Notes under the pieces: model-generated
The model's database searches: none
What the model saw: the letters and a program-made list of their open reading frames with translations, nothing else
What the model was told of the DNA's origin: nothing
Translations under genes and position numbers: made by a program
Origin: Macrostomum lignano
Lineage: Eukaryota
Assembly: GCA_002269645.1 (NCBI GenBank)
Contig: NIVC01000986.1
Location: 186,001 to 250,000, forward strand
DNA: 64,000 nucleotides
Direction of reading: 5' to 3'
Shown: piece by piece, positions 61,601 to 64,000 of the stretch
How positions within the stretch are numbered: position 1 is the stretch's first letter
Layout: every line of letters begins with the position of its first letter

Positions 61601-63496
61601 TCTTTAGCGACTTCCTGCTGGTCATCTCTGAGTCGGACGAAGCCCGGGGCGTCAAGTACCAGCTGCTGAAACAGCTGGGTGAGCCTTGGGCCCTGCGCTG
61701 CTGCTATTTGTGCCGACTTGGAACTGAAGGAAATGAGTGAATAGATAGAGATAGGCGGTGGCAGAAAGTGACAAGATTGACTGAAAGCGACAAGATTGAC
61801 TGAAAGTGACAAGATTGACTGAAAGTGACAAGATTGACTGAAAGCGACAAGATTGACTGAAAGCGACAAGATTGACTGAAAGTGACAAGATTGACTGAAA
61901 GCGACAAGATTGACTGAAAGTGACAAGATTGACTGAAAGTGACAAGATTGACTGAAAGTGACAAGATTGACTGAAAGTGACAAGATTGACTGAAAGCGAC
62001 AAGATTGACTGAAAGTGACAAGATTGACTGAAAGTGACAAGATTGACTGAAAGTGACAAGATTGACTGAAAGTGACAAGATTGACTGAAAGCGACAATAT
62101 TGACTGAAAGTGACAAGATTGACTGAAAGTGACAAGATTGACTGAAAGTGACAAGATTGACTGAAAGTGACAAGATTGACTGAAAGCGACAAGATTGACT
62201 GAAAGCGACAAGATTGACTGAAAGCGACAAGAGCGATTGAAAGTGACGAGAGTGACTGAAAGTGACGAAAGTGATTAAAATAGTGACAAGAGTGACAAAA
62301 AATCTGTTCCGAGAGCGATGGAAGCTGTACCAGTGTGACAGGCAGGTTCCGCATGGATTCCAGGACCCAGCGTATCCGTGGTGGACTCGCAGCAGCAGCA
62401 GCAATCCGCAGAGCTCGCCAACTTGATCGAGACAAACTGCCCCCCGGTGATTCCGATGGACAGCGTGGTGCACATCTTCGACACAGCCACGGAGTCCAAG
62501 CGCCGCCTGCCCGGATCTCGCTTGGTGGATGCCGAGTTCCGCATCATCGTGGAGCAGGTGCCATGCCAATTTTGCCTCTATTTCCATTTTTAGTCGGTCA
62601 GCTTGCTGACAGGGGCTGTCAGTCGTAGGAATGTGCACTCCCTGACTCCTGAGCACCCTCCCATAGAGGTGGGCAGTGGACCCCAAACAAAGTTTCCTCC
62701 TCATCGCCAGGAAGTGGACCTGCGCTGCTGCTTTTGGGGTTGGCCCTCAGCGAGATGTGAGTCGCACAATGCCCAGGCTACGATTGCTTCGTGAATTTCC
62801 TCATAAAACAGGTGATGGCCAGGGGCACGGGCGGCGCCAACCGGGTCAAGCCGCTGATGCTGGAGTTCCGCATGAGCCTGGAGAAGCCGCGGCTGCCCTT
62901 CTTTCCCAATGAGACCCTGCGGCAGGCCAGCGACTTCGTAGAGTGCATCCGCGGCCTGGCGCCCCGCCTGTCGCAGCGCCAGCTGGACCGTCACGCCAGT
63001 CTCTCCGGCTCCGCGCTGGAGCTCACGGCGCGGGCCGCCGGCAGCTCCTTTCTGAGCCTCCCCGGGCAGCAGCAGCACCTGCCGGCTGCGCAGTTGCAGG
63101 CCGACCACCGCCGGGTGCACAGCTCCGCCGGCATCAACGTGCCGCGGCCTCAGACGGCCGTCCTGCGCAGGCCGGACACCGACGAGTCGGAGGGCGAGGC
63201 GGCGGGTCCGGAGGCCGGTGAGTGGGATTTGGGAGATTTGGCTGAAAAGCTGATTGGGATAAATCTGAGGACGATGTGATGATTTGTACCGGAGCACCGG
63301 GACCTGAGCCTCCCTCCTGCCTGCCTTTCCAGACAGCCAGCAGCCGTCTTCCCCCTCGGCCGAGGCTGCCGCCCCGCTGTCGGCTGGCCTTGCCGGCGAG
63401 CTGCAGAGCCGGGTGGAGGCGGCCATCCGGGAGCAGCAGACTTTGTTGCCCGTGGCTCTCGGCATCAACTGGTGCGCCTCCCCGGATGCGCTGACG
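52689..63496 (+). CDS. RGS-RhoGEF family protein (RGSL-C1-DH-PH; p115/LARG/PDZ-RhoGEF/RhoGEF2-like, no PDZ seen); 3' end beyond the window
   Basis: Exons ~52689-52712, 53027-53173, 53266-53388, 53476-54211, 54809-54925, 55828-55878, linker exons ~57363-57956 (tentative), 58577-58753, 58860-59403, 61334-61678, 62346-62557, 62812-63217, 63333-63496. Motifs: RGSL RPAMLVFLH..FSVYSTFL; C1 HLLRP..CSACGKLL..QAMRCK..DCQVVSHRAC; DH FNRFFTRAEAHP; PH LFVFSDFLLV. Confidence 0.8.
52728..52965. repeat. 16-bp intronic minisatellite
   Basis: Unit ATGACCCAATGTCTGC. Confidence 0.95.
54215..54775. repeat. 24-bp intronic minisatellite splitting the C1 domain exons
   Basis: Unit TGCCTGGATGAGTGCTTCATGTGG with variants; begins at the donor. 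Confidence 0.95.
54975..55230. repeat. 28-bp AT-rich minisatellite
   Basis: Unit GACAATAGAAATCAATCAATGTACAATT. Confidence 0.95.
55985..56280. repeat. 48-bp minisatellite, ~6 copies
   Basis: Unit CTGCACTCGTGTGATAGCCTACCGTGAGCATATTTCACGCTACATAAG. Confidence 0.95.
56598..57362 (+). repeat. 16-bp minisatellite with CAG|GTGAGT in most units
   Basis: Unit GCAGGTGAGTGCCAGT, ~47 copies. Confidence 0.96.
58000..58515. repeat. 20-bp intronic minisatellite
   Basis: Unit GGGAGTGACTGGCTGGCTGC. Confidence 0.95.
60295..60835. repeat. Hierarchical repeat (16-bp monomer, 62/65-bp blocks, 127-bp period)
   Basis: CATAAGG starts at 60399, 60461, 60526 and 60588; monomer AGGTCGAAATTTCACA. Confidence 0.9.
60850..61315. 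repeat. ~60-bp minisatellite with a variable poly-C tract
   Basis: Unit CACAACTTGATCCGGATTGTCAAGTCAGTGCAAATCGAACCACAGCAA(C)n. Confidence 0.92.
61765..62260. repeat. 19-bp intronic minisatellite
   Basis: Unit AAGTGACAAGATTGACTGA. Confidence 0.95.
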
Positions 63497-63502
63497 GTGA
63501 GC

Positions 63503-64000
63503 TGCTGGGGATCAGAGTGGGGTTCGGATTAGGGATCTGAGTGGGGAGCAGAGTGGGGATCAGAGTGGGGTTCGGATTAGAGATCTGAGTGGGGTTCGGA
63601 TTAGGGATCAGAGTGGGGTTCGGATTAGGGATCTGAGTGGGGATCAGAGTGGGGTCCAGAGTGAGGATCAGAGTGGGGAGCAGAGTGGGGATCAGAGTGG
63701 GGTTCGGATTAGGGATCTGAGTGGGGATCAGAGTGGGGTCCAGAGTGAGGATCGAAGTGGGGATCAGAGTGGGGATCAGAGTACGTGGGGATCAGAGTGG
63801 GGTCCAGAGTGAGGATCGAAGTGGGGATCAGAGTGGGGATCAGAGTACGTGGGGATCAGAGTGGGGTCCAGAGTGAGGATCGAAGTGGGGATCAGAGTGG
63901 GGATCAGAGTACGTGGGGATCAGAGTGGGGTCCAGAGTGAGGATCGAAGTGGGGATCAGAGTGGGGATCAGAGTACGTGGGGATCAGAGTGGGGATCAGA
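63503..64000. repeat. GGGGATCAGAGT-based minisatellite, truncated by the window end
   Basis: Begins just after the donor at 63497. Confidence 0.93.

Overview
Eukaryotic, intron-rich animal DNA, not prokaryotic. High-GC3 exons are separated by GT-AG introns, many filled by their own tandem minisatellite; by manual tally about 40% of the window is tandem repeat. This architecture suggests the flatworm Macrostomum lignano (inference). Genes were rebuilt by hand from splice sites and reading phase. They are: a disabled WSC/PAN-like secreted gene; a complete CDC45 (8 exons, ~550 aa); a DEG/ENaC channel with one in-frame TGA at a conserved Cys; a minus-strand Macro-like + triple-TIR gene with one frameshift; synaptogyrin; a single-ORF prohormone-like gene; and an RGSL-C1-DH-PH RhoGEF with a degenerate catalytic motif that runs off the 3' end. 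Mobile DNA comprises a decayed Tc1 transposase, tRNA-derived SINEs, an internally deleted mariner with ~250-bp TIRs, a 1.45-kb foldback element and a probable LTR. Most long ORFs in the supplied track are artefacts of the repeats. Protein family calls are motif recognition from memory; no searches were run.
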